Assembly (NCBI RefSeq): GCF_037042905.1
Contig: NC_087246.1
Span: forward strand, 20,398,001-20,462,000
DNA length: 64,000 nucleotides
From: Lytechinus pictus
Lineage: Eukaryota
Reading direction: 5' to 3'
Made by a program: the position numbers and the translations under genes. Shown here one piece after another: positions 49,870-63,311 of this stretch. Below the pieces are notes generated by a model that searched no databases, was not told the DNA's origin, and saw nothing but the letters and a program-made list of their open reading frames with translations. The first letter of the stretch is position 1. Every line of letters begins with the position of its first letter.

Positions 49870-50691
49870 TCAGTGGAGCTGAGTGACGCCATGACATTGA
49901 AGATGTGGGTCCGATGAAACGGTCGTTGACTCTGACGTCGATCGACTGCTTTTAGCGAGAAAGTCGACGGAGAACTTGGATGACACGACGCCCAACTTCT
50001 TTGTAGGTGGTGTCGTCTTGTTGACCTCATCGGCGTCGCATGGTGTCTTCCGTTTACGGCTTACGGCAGACAAGTCGACTTCATTAGATGGTTGAAGGCG
50101 AGGGTTGTAGACGTCTTTCTTAATGGCTGGTTGGTGAGCAGAGCATGAAACAAGAGAGGCTCGACGGACACGTGCACGACGGTTCTGAAACCAGACCTGG
50201 AGAGGAGAGAAAACAAAATTGAAAGAAATGATCAGTGAAACAGTTTTAATATTTTCAGAAAATATGATTTTATTGATGAGAACTACTTTCTTTATTCAAC
50301 ATTTATCTCAATACTATGGTCCGTTTATGAAATCCATAATTATCTGGCGTTATATGAAGATAGAAGTTTGGATTATCAAGGATCGATGTTTTACCCCCCC
50401 CCCCCAAGGAACAATTTGCTCTCTGATCTCTTAACACTTTGGATTTGCGAAGTTAGTTTTCTTTGTATTATCAGTAATGATAATGATATTTACCATAATT
50501 CTGTCTTCTTTAAGCTGCAGACTTGAAGCCAGATGTTCTCTAGTCGTGATACCAGGATACTGGTTGTCGTTGAACACGGTCTCCAGAATCCTCAGCTGTA
50601 AATCTGTGAAGACGGTCGGACGTCGACGACGAGGGCGTTTGGAAGAAACCCTATTCGATGAAGCATGAGCAGTCATGATCAAATCGGTCAT
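49870..50691 (-). CDS. pmar1: pmar1 copy 9, truncated 174 aa, additional HD D27G; exons 50691-50494 and 50196-49870 (ancestral stop 49696)
   Basis: Same premature TGA and Q33H; YPGITT instead of YPDITT. Confidence 0.8.
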
Positions 50692-52448
50692 TCTGATAAT
50701 GAGCTTGATATATACTTAATAAAAGCCAATTATTGCTTGTTTGGAGTAGATGATGAACTTGTTCGTTGTTCTATAAGCTATTACAGAATGATGATGTTTA
50801 TTATTGACACCTGTCCCATCAACATTCGGCTCTGTGAACGCACTTTTCTATTGGTCAATAGCCAATAGCCAATAGGATTACTAGCTTGCCTTAACCCGCT
50901 TTCTATTCAGTGCACGCAATTTTCTATTGGTCAATGAAGACAGCCAATGGGATTACGGGAAGGTTTCGGTTAGCAGTATAGTAATTGTTTAATCTTTGCC
51001 GGCGTACTCAGGCAGATTGAAACCTATACATCCTTTATCGGTCTCTAGATGAATAGGCTTATAATCTCCTGTTTAGAACAGTATCAATGTCTTCTTTTCT
51101 TCCATTGATTATTTTCGCCTTCTTAATGACACTGTATACTAATGGACGTTTAAATTGTCAAAGAAAATATGGACGGCTTCGTTTGAAATCTAAAAATTGA
51201 CATCGATATAACTTATAAGGGACGAAAGAGGGGATAGAGAGATACAAGAAAAAAACTGAAGGGATGGGTGAAAAAATGATATGGAATATATAGTCAGAGA
51301 AAAGGGGAAATACACTGAAATGTAGGCTAGAATTAAAGACGTAGATATAGATGAGTGAATAGATAAATTTATAGAACAATGGTAATATAGAGAGATAGAT
51401 AGATATATATATAGATAGGTAGATAGATAGGTAGGTGGATATATAGATAGATAGAATTAAAGAACAAGATATAGATGAGTGAATAGATAAATTTATAGAA
51501 GAATGGTAATATAGATAGATAGATATATAGATAGGTAGATAGATAGGTAGGTAGATATATAGATAGATATAATTAAAGACCGAGATATAGATGAGTGAAT
51601 AGATAAATTTATAGAAGAATGTTAATATAGATAGATAGATAGATAGAATAGTAGATAAAAATAAATCGATTGATAAATAGAAAATTATAAAGAAATATAA
51701 TTTCAAATTACGCTATATAAGCACAAAACGTCACCCCCCCCCCCTTTGTTCCTACTCCTTTTCCCTCTAATTTTTATTTCTTCCTTTGGCTCCATCCTTC
51801 TGGTCTTCCCTGAAATTGCTTTTTCTTTTGTTTTAGTTACTTCTTTTTTAAATCCCGTTTATCTTTCTCACCCATTTTCTATCACTCCTTTTCTTTCTTT
51901 TTTCTATTTCTCCCTCTCCCGTTTATACCTTTACATTCATTTCTTTCTCATTTACTTTCCGTTCACATTTTCTTTTTACGTTCTCCTATATTCTTCTTTT
52001 ATTTGCCTTTTTCCCTCTCTTTCTTTCAATTTTCGGTAGTTAGGTGGCCTTTCCGACTAAAACTTTTCACAGCAAAACATAATTATAGGGAGATATTCAT
52101 TGATGTATCAAAATGAGGTGAGAAGAAAATTAAGGGAAAATTTGACATTGAGGGTATATCATAAGGACTCGCATGCTAGCTTTACGAAAAAGAAATAAAC
52201 TTTATCAGTCATTAGACTATTTTTAACCTTTCAAAATATAAAACAATAACAAGATATATTTTACAGTTGAATTTAAACATTTTATTCGACCAATGCTATT
52301 CATGTCAGTAGTGCGGCAAAATATTACATTAGGGACAATTTATGCATTAGTAATAACATGGTCAATATTACTGCACTTGGCAAGAATCATAACAGCAATT
52401 AAAAGGTTTTTTCTGGTTTGAGAGTTCGTGAGTTCATTCAGTCAGTGC

Positions 52449-53444
52449 CTAGAAGTTGATGCAGAAGACATACGGATGATAACCCATCGGTGTGTAGAAA
52501 GAAGACGGTGTTCGGTGAAGATACTCAGCGCTAGAGGGAGAAGGAGAGCGACTGCTACGAGAGAGAAAGTCTACTGACATCAGTGGACTAGTGGCGCCTT
52601 TCGTTGAGTCACGTGATGTCGTGCCGTGGAGCTGAGTGACGCCATGACATTGAAGATGTTGGTCCGATGAAACGGTCGTTGACTCTGACGTCGATCGACT
52701 GCTTTTAGCGAGAAAGTCGACGGAGAACTTGGATGACACGGCGCCCAACTTCTTTGTAGGTGGTGTCGTCTGGCTGACCTCATCGTCGTCGCATGGTGTC
52801 TTCCGTTTACGGCTTACGGCAGACAAGTCGACTTCATTAGATGGTTGAAGGCGAGGGTTGTAGACGTCTTTCTTAATGACTGGTTGGTGAGCAGAGCATG
52901 AAACAAGAGAGGCTCGACGGACACGTGCACGACGGTTCTGAAACCAGACCTGGAGAGGAGAGAAAACAAATTGAAAGAAATGATCAGTGAAACAGTTTAA
53001 ATATTTTCAGAAAATATGATTTTATTGATGAGAACTACTTTCTTTATTCAACATTTATCTCAATACTATGGTCCATTTATGAAATCCATAATTATCTGGC
53101 GTTATATGAAGATAGAAGTTTGGATTATCAAGGATCGATGTTTTACCCCCCCCCCCCCAAGGAACAATTTGCTCTCTGATCTCTTAACACTTTGGATTTG
53201 CGAAGTTAGTTTTCTTTGTATTATCAGTAATGATAATGATATTTACCATAATTCTGTCTTCTTTAAGCTGCAGACTTGAAGCCAGTTGTTCTCTAGTCGT
53301 GATATCAGGATACTGGTTGTCGTTGAACACGGTCTCCAGAATCCTCAGCTGTAAATCTGTGAAGACGGTCGGACGTCGACGACGAGGGCGTTTGGAAGAA
53401 ACCCTATTCGATGAAGCATGAGCAGTCATGATCAAATCGGTCAT
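52449..53444 (-). CDS. pmar1: pmar1 copy 10, 232 aa; exons 53444-53247 and 52949-52449
   Basis: Open frame; several private substitutions in exon 2 (DDDEVSQ, LGAV, DQHL, LHGTT). Confidence 0.9.
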
Positions 53445-55076
53445 TCTGATAATGAGCTTGATATAAACTTAATAAAAGCTAATTATTGCTTGTTTGGAGT
53501 AGATGATGAACTTGTTCGTTGTTCTATAAGCTATTACAGAATGATGATGTTTATTATTGACACCTGTCCCATCAACATTCGGCTCTGTGAACGCACTTTT
53601 CTATTGGTCAATAGCCAATAGCCAATAGGATTACTAGCTTGCCTTAACCCGCTTTCTATTCAGTGCACGCAATTTTCTATTGGTCAATGAAGACAGCCAA
53701 TGGGATTACGGGAAGGTTTCGGTTAGCAGTATAGTAATTGTTTAATCTTTGCCGGCGTACTCAGGCAGATTGAAACCTATACATCCTTTATCGGTCTCTA
53801 GATGAATAGGCTTATAATCTCCTGTTTAGAACAGTATCAATGTCTTCTTTTCTTCCATTGATTATTTTCGCCTTCTTAATGACACTGTATACTAATGGAC
53901 GTTTAAATTGTCAAAGAAAATATGGACGGCTTCGTTTGAAATCTAAAAATTGACATCGATATAACTTATAAGGGACGAAAGAGGGGATAGAGATATACAA
54001 GAAAAACACTGAAGGGATTGGTGAAAAAATGATATGGAATATATAGTCAGAGAAAAGGGGAAATACACTGAAAAATAGGCTAGAATTAAAAACGTAGATA
54101 TAGATGAGTTAATAGATAAATTTATAGAAGAATGGTAATATAGATAGATAGATATATAGATAGGTAGATAGATAGGTAGGTAGATATATAGATAGATAGA
54201 ATTAAAGACCACGATATAGATGAGTTAATAGATAAATTTATAGAAGAATGTTAATATAGATAGATAGATAGATAGATAGAATAGTAGATAAAAATAAATC
54301 GAGTGATGAATAGAAAATTATAAAGAAATATAATTTCAAATTACGCTATATAAGCACAAAACGTCACCCCCCCTTTGTTCCTACTCCTTTTCCCTCTAAT
54401 TTTTATTCCTTCCTTTGCCTCCATCCTTCTGGTCTTCCCTGAAATTACTTTTTCTTTTGTTTTAGTTACTTCTTTTTTAAATCCCGTTTATCTTTCTCAC
54501 CCATTTTCTATCACTCCTTTTCTTTCTTTTTTCTATTTCTCCCTCTCCCGTTTATACCTTTACATTCATTTCTTTCTCATTTACTTTCCGTTCTCATTTT
54601 CTTTTTACGTCTCCTATATTCTTCTTTCATTTGCCTTTTTCCCTCTCTTTCTTTCAATTTTCGGTAGTTAGGTGGCCTTTCCGACTAAAACTTTTCACAG
54701 CAATACATAATTATAGGGAGATATTCATTGATGTATCAAAATGAGGTGAGAAGAAAATTAAGGGAAAATTTGACATTGAGGGTATATCATAAGGACTCGC
54801 GTGCTACCTTTACGAAAAAGAAATAAACTTTATCAGTCATTAGACTATTTTTAACCTTTCAAAATATAAAACAATAACAAGATATATTTTACAGTTGAAT
54901 TTAAACATTTTATTCGACCAATGCTATTCATGTCAGTAGTGCGGCAAAATATTAAATTAGGGACAATTTATGCATTAGTAATGACATGGTCAATATTACT
55001 GCACTTGGCAAGAATCATAACAGCAATTAAAAGGTTTTTTCTGGTTTGAGAGTTCGTGAGTTCATTCAGTCAGTGC

Positions 55077-56074
55077 CTAGAAGTTGATGCAGAAGACATA
55101 CGGATGATAACCCATCGGTGTGTAGAAAGAAGACGGTGTTCGGTGAAGATACTCAGCGCTAGAGGGAGAAGGAGAGCGACTGCTACGAGAGAGAAAGTCT
55201 ACTGACATCAGTGGACTGGTGGCGCCTTTCGTTGAGTCACGTGATGTCGTGCAGTGGAGCTGAGTGACGCCATGACATTGAAGATGTGGGTCCGATGAAA
55301 CATTCGTTGACTCTGACGTCGATCGACTGCTTTTAGCGAGAAAGTCGACGGAGAACTTGGATGACACGACGCCCAACTTCTTTGTAGGTGGTGTCGTCTG
55401 GTTGACCTCATCGGCGTCGCATGGTGTCTTCCGTTTACGGCTTACGGCAGACAAGTCGACTTCATTAGATGGTTGAAGGCGAGGGTTGTAGACGTCTTTC
55501 TTAATGGCTGGTTGGTGAGCAGAGCATGAAACAAGAGAGGCTCGACGGACACGTGCACGACGGTTCTGAAACCAGACCTGGAGAGGAGAGAAAACAAAAT
55601 TGAAAGAAATGATCAGTGAAACAGTTTTAATATTTTCAGAAAATATGATTTTATTGATGAGAACTACTTTCTTTATTCAACATTTATCTCAATACTGTGG
55701 TCCGTTTATGAAATCCATAATTATCTGGCGTTATATGAAGATAGAAGTTTGGATTATCAAGGATCGATGTTTTACCCCCCCCCCCCCCAAGGAACAATTT
55801 GCTCTCTGATCTCTTAACACTTTGGATTTGCGAAGTTAGTTTTCTTTGTATTATCAGTAATGATAATGATATTTACCATAATTCTGTCTTCTTTAAGCTG
55901 CAGACTTGAAGCCAGTTGTTCTCTAGTCGTGATATCAGGATACTGGTTGTCGTTGAACACGGTCTCCAGAATCCTCAGCTGTAAATCTGTGAAGACGGTC
56001 GGACGTCGACGACGAGGGCGTTTGGAAGAAACCCTATTCGATGAAGCATGAGCAGTCATGATCAAATCGGTCAT
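55077..56074 (-). CDS. pmar1: pmar1 copy 11, 232 aa; exons 56074-55877 and 55577-55077
   Basis: Open frame, canonical splice sites. Confidence 0.9.
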
Positions 56075-57981
56075 TCTGATAATGAGCTTGATATAAACTT
56101 AATAAAAGCTAATTATTGCTTGTTTGGAGTAGATGATGAACTTGTTCGTTGTTCTATAAGCTATTACAGAATGATGATGTTTATTATTGACACCTGTCCC
56201 ATCAACATTCGGCTCTGTGAACGCACTTTTCTATTGGTCAATAGCCAATAGCCAATAGGATTACTAGCTTGCCTTAACCCGCTTTCTATTCAGTGCACGC
56301 AATTTTCTATTGGTCAATGAAGACAGCCAATGGGATTACGGGAAGGTTTCGGTTAGCAGTATAGTAATTGTTTAATCTTTGCCGGCGTACTCAGGCAGAT
56401 TGAAACCTATACATCCTTTATCGGTCTCTAGATGAATAGGCTTATAATCTCCTGTTTAGAACAGTATCAATGTCTTCTTTTCTTCCATTGATTATTTTCG
56501 CCTTCTTAATGACACTGTATACTAATGGACGTTTAAATTGTCAAAGAAAATATGGACGGCTTCGTTTGAAATCTAAAAATTGACATCGATATAACTTATA
56601 AGGGACGAAAGAGGGGATAGAGAGATACAAGAAAAAAACTGAAGGGATGGGTGAAAAAATGATATGGAATATATAGTCAGAGAAAAGGGGAAATACACTG
56701 AAATGTAGGCTAGAATTAAAGACGTAGATATAGATGAGTGAATAGATAAATTTATAGAACAATGGTAATATAGAGAGATAGATAGATATATATATAGATA
56801 GGTAGATAGATAGGTAGGTGGATATATAGATAGATAGAATTAAAGAACAAGATATAGATGAGTGAATAGATAAATTTATAGAAGAATGGTAATATAGATA
56901 GATAGATATATAGATAGGTAGATAGATAGGTAGGTAGATATATAGATAGATATAATTAAAGACCGAGATATAGATGAGTGAATAGATAAATTTATAGAAG
57001 AATGTTAATATAGATAGATAGATAGATAGAATAGTAGATAAAAATAAATCGATTGATAAATAGAAAATTATAAAGAAATATAATTTCAAATTACGCTATA
57101 TAAGCACAAAACGTCACCCCCCCCCCCTCGTTACTACTCCTTTTCCCTCTAATTTTTATTCCTTCCTTTGGCTCCATCCTTCTGGTCTTCCCTGAAAATT
57201 TTTTTCTTTTGTTTTAGTTACTTCTTTTTTAAATCCCGTTTATATTTCTCACCCATTTTCTATCACTCCTTTTCTTTCTTTTCTTTATTCCTTCCTTTGG
57301 CTACATCCTTCTGGTCTTCCGTGAAATTAATTTTTCTTTTGTTTTAGTTACTTTTTTTAAAAATCCCGTTTATATTTCTCACCCATTTTCTATCACCCCT
57401 TTTCTTTCTTTTTTCCATTTCTCCCTCTCCCGTTTATACCTTTACATTCATTTCTTTCTCATTTACTTTCCGTTCTCATTTTCTTTTTACGTCTCCTATA
57501 TTCTTCTTTTATTCGCCTTTTTCCCTCTCTTTCTTTCAATTTTCGGTAGTTAGGTGGCCTTTCCGACTAAAACTTTTCACAGCAAGACATAATTATAGGG
57601 AGATATTCATTGATGTATCAAAATGAGTTGAGAAGAATATTAAGGGAAAATTTGACATTGATGGTATATCATAAGGACTCGCATGCTAGCTTTACGAAAA
57701 ACAAATAAACTTCATCAGTCATTAGACTATTTTTAACCTTTCAGAAAAGTTAATTATGTACATTCAAAATATAAAACAATAACAAGATATATTTTACAGT
57801 TGAATTTAAACATTTTATTCGACCAATGCTATTCATGTCAGTAGTGCGGCAAAATATTACATTAGGGACAATTTATGCATTAGTAATAACATGGTCAATA
57901 TTACTGCACTTGGCAAGAATCATAACAGCAATTAAAATGTTTTTTCTGGTTTGAGAGTTCGTGAGTTCATTCAGTCAGTGC

Positions 57982-58979
57982 CTAGAAGTTGATGCAGAAG
58001 ACATACGGATGATAACCCATCGGTGTGTAGAAAGAAGACGGTGTTCGGTGAAGATACTCAGCGCTAGAGGGAGAAGGAGAGCGACTGCTACGAGAGAGAA
58101 AGTCTACTGACATCAGTGGACTGGTGGCGCCTTTCGTTGAGTCATGTGATGTCGTGCAGTGGAGCTGAGTGACGCCATGACATTGAAGATGTGGGTCCGA
58201 TGAAACGGTCGTTGACTCTGACGTCGATCGACTGCTTTTAGCGAGAAAGTCGACGGAGAACTTGGATGAAACGACGCCCAACTTCTTTGTAGGTGGTGTC
58301 GTCTGGTTGACCTCATCGGCGTCGCATGGTGTCTTCCGCTTACGGCTTACGGCAGACAAGTCGACTTCATTAGATGGTTGAAGGCGAGGGTTGTAGACGT
58401 CTTTCTTAATGACTGGTTGGTGAGCAGAGCATGAAACAAGAGAGGCTCGACGGACACGTGCACGACGGTTCTGAAACCAGACCTGGAGAGGAGAGAAAAC
58501 AAAATTGAAAGAAATGATCAGTGAAACAGTTTTAATATTTTCAGAAAATATGATTTTATTGATGAGAACTACTTTCTTTATTCAACATTTATCTCAATAC
58601 TATGGTCCGTTTATGAAATCCATAATTATCTGGCGTTATATGAAGATAGAAGTTTGGATTATCAAGGATCGATGTTTTACCCCCCCCCCCCCCCAGGAAC
58701 AATTTGCTCTCTGATCTCTTAACACTTTGGATTTGCGAAGTTAGTTTTCTTTGTATTATCAGTAATGATAATGATATTTACCATAATTCTGTCTTCTTTA
58801 AGCTGCAGACTTGAAGCCAGTTGTTCTCTAGTCGTGATATCAGGATACTGGTTGTCGTTGAACACGGTCTCCAGAATCCTCAGCTGTAAATCTGTGAAGA
58901 CGGTCGGACGTCGACGACGAGGGCGTTTGGAAGAAACCCTATTCGATGATGCATGAGCAGTCATGATCAAATCGGTCAT
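57982..58979 (-). CDS. pmar1: pmar1 copy 12, 232 aa; exons 58979-58782 and 58482-57982
   Basis: Open frame; exon 2 shares variants with copy 4 (TSHDS). Confidence 0.9.
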
Positions 58980-60645
58980 TCTGATAATGAGCTTGATATA
59001 AACTTAATAAAAGCTAATTATTGCTTGTTTGGAGTAGATGATGAACTTGTTCGTTGTTCTATAAGCTATTGCAGAATGATCATGTTTATTATTGACACCT
59101 GTCCCATCAACATTCGGCTGTGTGAACGCACTTTTCTATTGGTCAATAGCCAATAGCCAATAGGATTACTAGCTTGCCTTAACCCGCTTTTTATTCAGTG
59201 CACGCAATTTTCTATTGGTCAATGAAGACAGCCAATGGGATTACGGGAAGGTTTCAGTTAGCAGTATAGTGATTGTTTAATCTTTGCCGGCGTACTCAGG
59301 CAGATTGAAACCTATTCAAACTACATCCTTTATCGGTCTCTAGATGAATAGGCTTATAATCTCCTGTTTAGAACAGTATCAATGTCTTCTTTTCTTCCAT
59401 TGATTATTTTCGCCTTCTTAATGACACTGTATACTAATGGACGTTTAAATTGTAAAAGAAAATATGGACGGCTTCGTTTGAAATCTAAAAATTGACATCG
59501 ATATAACTTATATGGGACGAAAGAGGGGATAGAGAGATACAAGAAAAAAACTGAAGGGATGGGTGAAAAAATGTTATGGAATATATAGTCAGAGAAAAGG
59601 GGAAATACACTGAAATGTAGGCTAGAATTAAAGACGTAGATATAGATGAGTGAATAGATAAATTTATAGAACAATGGTTATATAGAGAGATAGATAGATA
59701 GATATATAGATAGGTAGATAGATAGGTAGGTAGATATATAGATAGATAGAATTAAAGACCGAGATATAGATGAGTGAATAGATAAATTTATAGAAGAATG
59801 GTAATATAGATAGATAGATAGATAGAATAGTAGATAAAAATGGATAGATTGATAAATAGAAAATTATAAAGAAATATAATTTCAAATTACGCTATATAAG
59901 CAAAAAACGTCACCCCCCCTTTGTTCCTACTCCTTTTCCCTCTAATTTTTATTCCTTCCTTTGGCTCCATTCTTCTGGTCTTCCCTGAAATTACCTTTTC
60001 TTTTATTTTAGTTACTTCTTTTTTAAATCCAGTTTATCTTTCTCACCCATTTTCTATCACTCCTTTTCTGTCTTTTTTCTATTTCTCCCTCTCCCGTTTA
60101 TACCTTTACATTCCTTTCTTTCTCATTTACTTTCCGTTCTCATTTTCTTTTTACGTCTCCTATATTCTTCTTTTATTTGCCTTTTTCCCTCTCCTTCTTT
60201 CAATTTTCGGTAGTTAGGTGGCCTTTCCGACTAAAACATTTCACAGCAAGACATAATTATAGGGAGATATTCATTGATGTATCAAAATGAGGTGAGAAGA
60301 AAATTAAGGGAAAATTTGACATTGAAGGTATATCATAAGGACTCGCATGCTAGCTTTACGAAAAACAAATAAACTTTATCAGTCATTAGACTATTTTTAA
60401 CCTTTCAGCAAAGTTAATTATGTACATTCAAAATATAAAACAATAACAAGATATATTTTACAGTTGAATTTAAACATTTTATTCGACCAATGCTATTCAT
60501 GTCAGTAGTGCGGCAAAATATTACATTAGGGACAATTTATGCATTAGTAATAACATGGTCAATATTACTGCACTTGGCAAGAATCATAACAGCAATTAAA
60601 AGGTTTTTTCTGGTTTGAGAGTTCGTGAGTTCATTCAGTCAGTGC

Positions 60646-61644
60646 CTAGAAGTTGATGCAGAAGACATACGGATGATAATCCATCGGTGTGTAGAAAGAA
60701 GACGGTGTTCGGTGAAGATACTCAGCGCTAGAGGGAAAAGGAGAGCGACTGCTACGAGAGAGAAAGTCTACTGACATCAGTGGACTGGTGGCGCCTTTCG
60801 TTGAGTCACGTGATGTCGTGCAGTGGAGCTGAGTGACGCCATGACATTGAAGATGTGGGTCCGATGAAACGGTCGTTGACTCTGACGTCGATCGACTGCT
60901 TTTAGCGAGAAAGTCGACGGAGAACTTGGATGACACGACGCCCAACTTCTTTGTAGGTGGTGTCGTCTGGTTGACCTCATCGGCGTCGCATGGTGTCTTC
61001 CGTTTACGGCTTACGGCAGACAAGTCGACTTCATTAGATGGTTGAAGGCGAGGGTTGTAGACGTCTTTCTTAATGACTGGTTGGTGAGCAGAGCATGAAA
61101 CAAGAGAGGCTCGACGGACACGTGCACGACGGTTCTGAAACCAGACCTGGAGAGGAGAGAAAACAAAATTGAAAGAAATGATCAGTGAAACAGTTTAAAT
61201 ATTTTCAGAAAATATGATTTTATTGATGAGAACTACTTTCTTTATTCAACATTTATCTCAATACTATGGTCCGTTTATGAAATCCATAATTATCTGGCGT
61301 TATATGAAGATAGAAGTTTGGATTATCAAGGATCGATGTTTTACCCCCCCCCCCCCCCCAGGAACAATTTGCTCTCTGATCTCTTAACACTTTGGATTTG
61401 CGAAGTTAGTTTTCTTTGTATTATCAGTAATGATAATGATATTTACCATAATTCTGTCTTCTTTAAGCTGCAGACTTGAAGCCAGTTGTTCTCTAGTCGT
61501 GATATCAGGATACTGGTTGTCGTTGAACACGGTCTCCAGAATCCTCAGCTGTAAATCTGTGAAGACGGTCGGACGTCGACGACGAGGGCGTTTGGAAGAA
61601 ACCCTATTCGATGATGCATGAGCAGTCATGATCAAATCGGTCAT
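60646..61644 (-). CDS. pmar1: pmar1 copy 13, 232 aa; exons 61644-61447 and 61146-60646
   Basis: Open frame, canonical splice sites. Confidence 0.9.
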
Positions 61645-63311
61645 TCTGATAATGAGCTTGATATAAACTTAATAAAAGCTAATTATTGCTTGTTTGGAGT
61701 AGATGATGAACTTGTTCGTTGTTCTATAAGCTATTGCAGAATGATCATGTTTATTATTGACACCTGTCCCATCAACATTCGGCTGTGTGAACGCACTTTT
61801 CTATTGGTCAATAGCCAATAGCCAATAGGATTACTAGCTTGCCTTAACCCGCTTTTTATTCAGTGCACGCAATTTTCTATTGGTCAATGAAAACAGCCAA
61901 TGGGATTACGGGAAGGTTTCAGTTAGCAGTATAGTGATTGTTTAATCTTTGCCGGCGTACTCAGGCAGATTGAAACCTATTCAAACTACATCCTTTATCG
62001 GTCTCTAGATGAATAGGCTTATAATCTCCTGTTTAGAACAGTATCAATGTCTTCTTTTCTTCCATTGATTATTTTCGCCTTCTTAATGACACTGTATACT
62101 AATGGACGTTTAAATTGTAAAAGAAAATATGGACGGCTTCGTTTGGAATCTAAAAATTGACATCGATATAACTTATATGGGACGAAAGAGGGGATAGAGA
62201 GATACAAGAAAAAAACTGAAGGGATGGGTGAAAAAATGATATGGAATATATAGTCAGAGAAAAGGGGAAATACACTGAAATGTAGGCTAGAATTAAAGAC
62301 GTAGATATAGATGAGTGAATAGATAAATTTATAGAACAATGGTTATATAGAGAGATAGATAGATAGATATATAGATAGGTAGATAGATAGGTAGGTAGAT
62401 ATATAGATAGATAGAATTAAAGACCGAGATATAGATGAGTGAATAGATAAATTTATAGAAGAATGGTAATATAGATAGATAGATAGATAGAATAGTAGAT
62501 AAAAATGGATCGATTGATAAATAGAAAATTATAAAGAAATATAATTTCAAATTACGCTATATAAGCAAAAAACGTCACCCCCCTTTGTTCCTACTCCTTT
62601 TCCCTCTAATTTTTATTCCTTCCTTTGGCTCCATTCTTCTGGTCTTCCCTGAAATTACCTTTTCTTTTGTTTTAGTTACTTCTTTTTTAAATCCCGTTTA
62701 TCTTTCTCACCCATTTTCTATCACTCCTTTTCTTTCTTTTTTTCTATTTCTCCCTCTCCCATTTATACCTTTACATTCATTTCTTTCTCATATACTTTCC
62801 GTTCTCATTTTCTTTTTACGTCTCCTATATTCTTCTTTTATTTGCCTTTTTCTCTCTTTTTTTTTTCAATTTTCGGTAGTTAGGTGGCCTTTCCGACTAA
62901 AACTTTTCACAGCAAGACATAATTATAGGGAGATATTCGTTGATGTATCAAAATGAGGTGAGAAGAAAATTAAGGGAAAATTTGACATTGAGGGTATATC
63001 ATAAGGACTCGCATGCTAGCTTTACGAAAAACAAATAAACTTTATCAGTCATTAGACTATTTTTAACCTTTCAGCAAAGTTAATTATGTACATTCAAAAT
63101 ATAAAACAGTAACAAGATATATTTTACAGTTGAATTTAAACATTTTATTCGACCAATGCTATTCATGTCAGTAGTGCGGCAAAATATTACATTAGGGACA
63201 ATTTATGCATTAGTAATAACATGGTCAATATTACTGCACTTGGCAAGAATCATAACAGCAATTAAAAGGTTTTTTCTGGTTTGAGAGTTCGTGAGTTCAT
63301 TCAGTCAGTGC

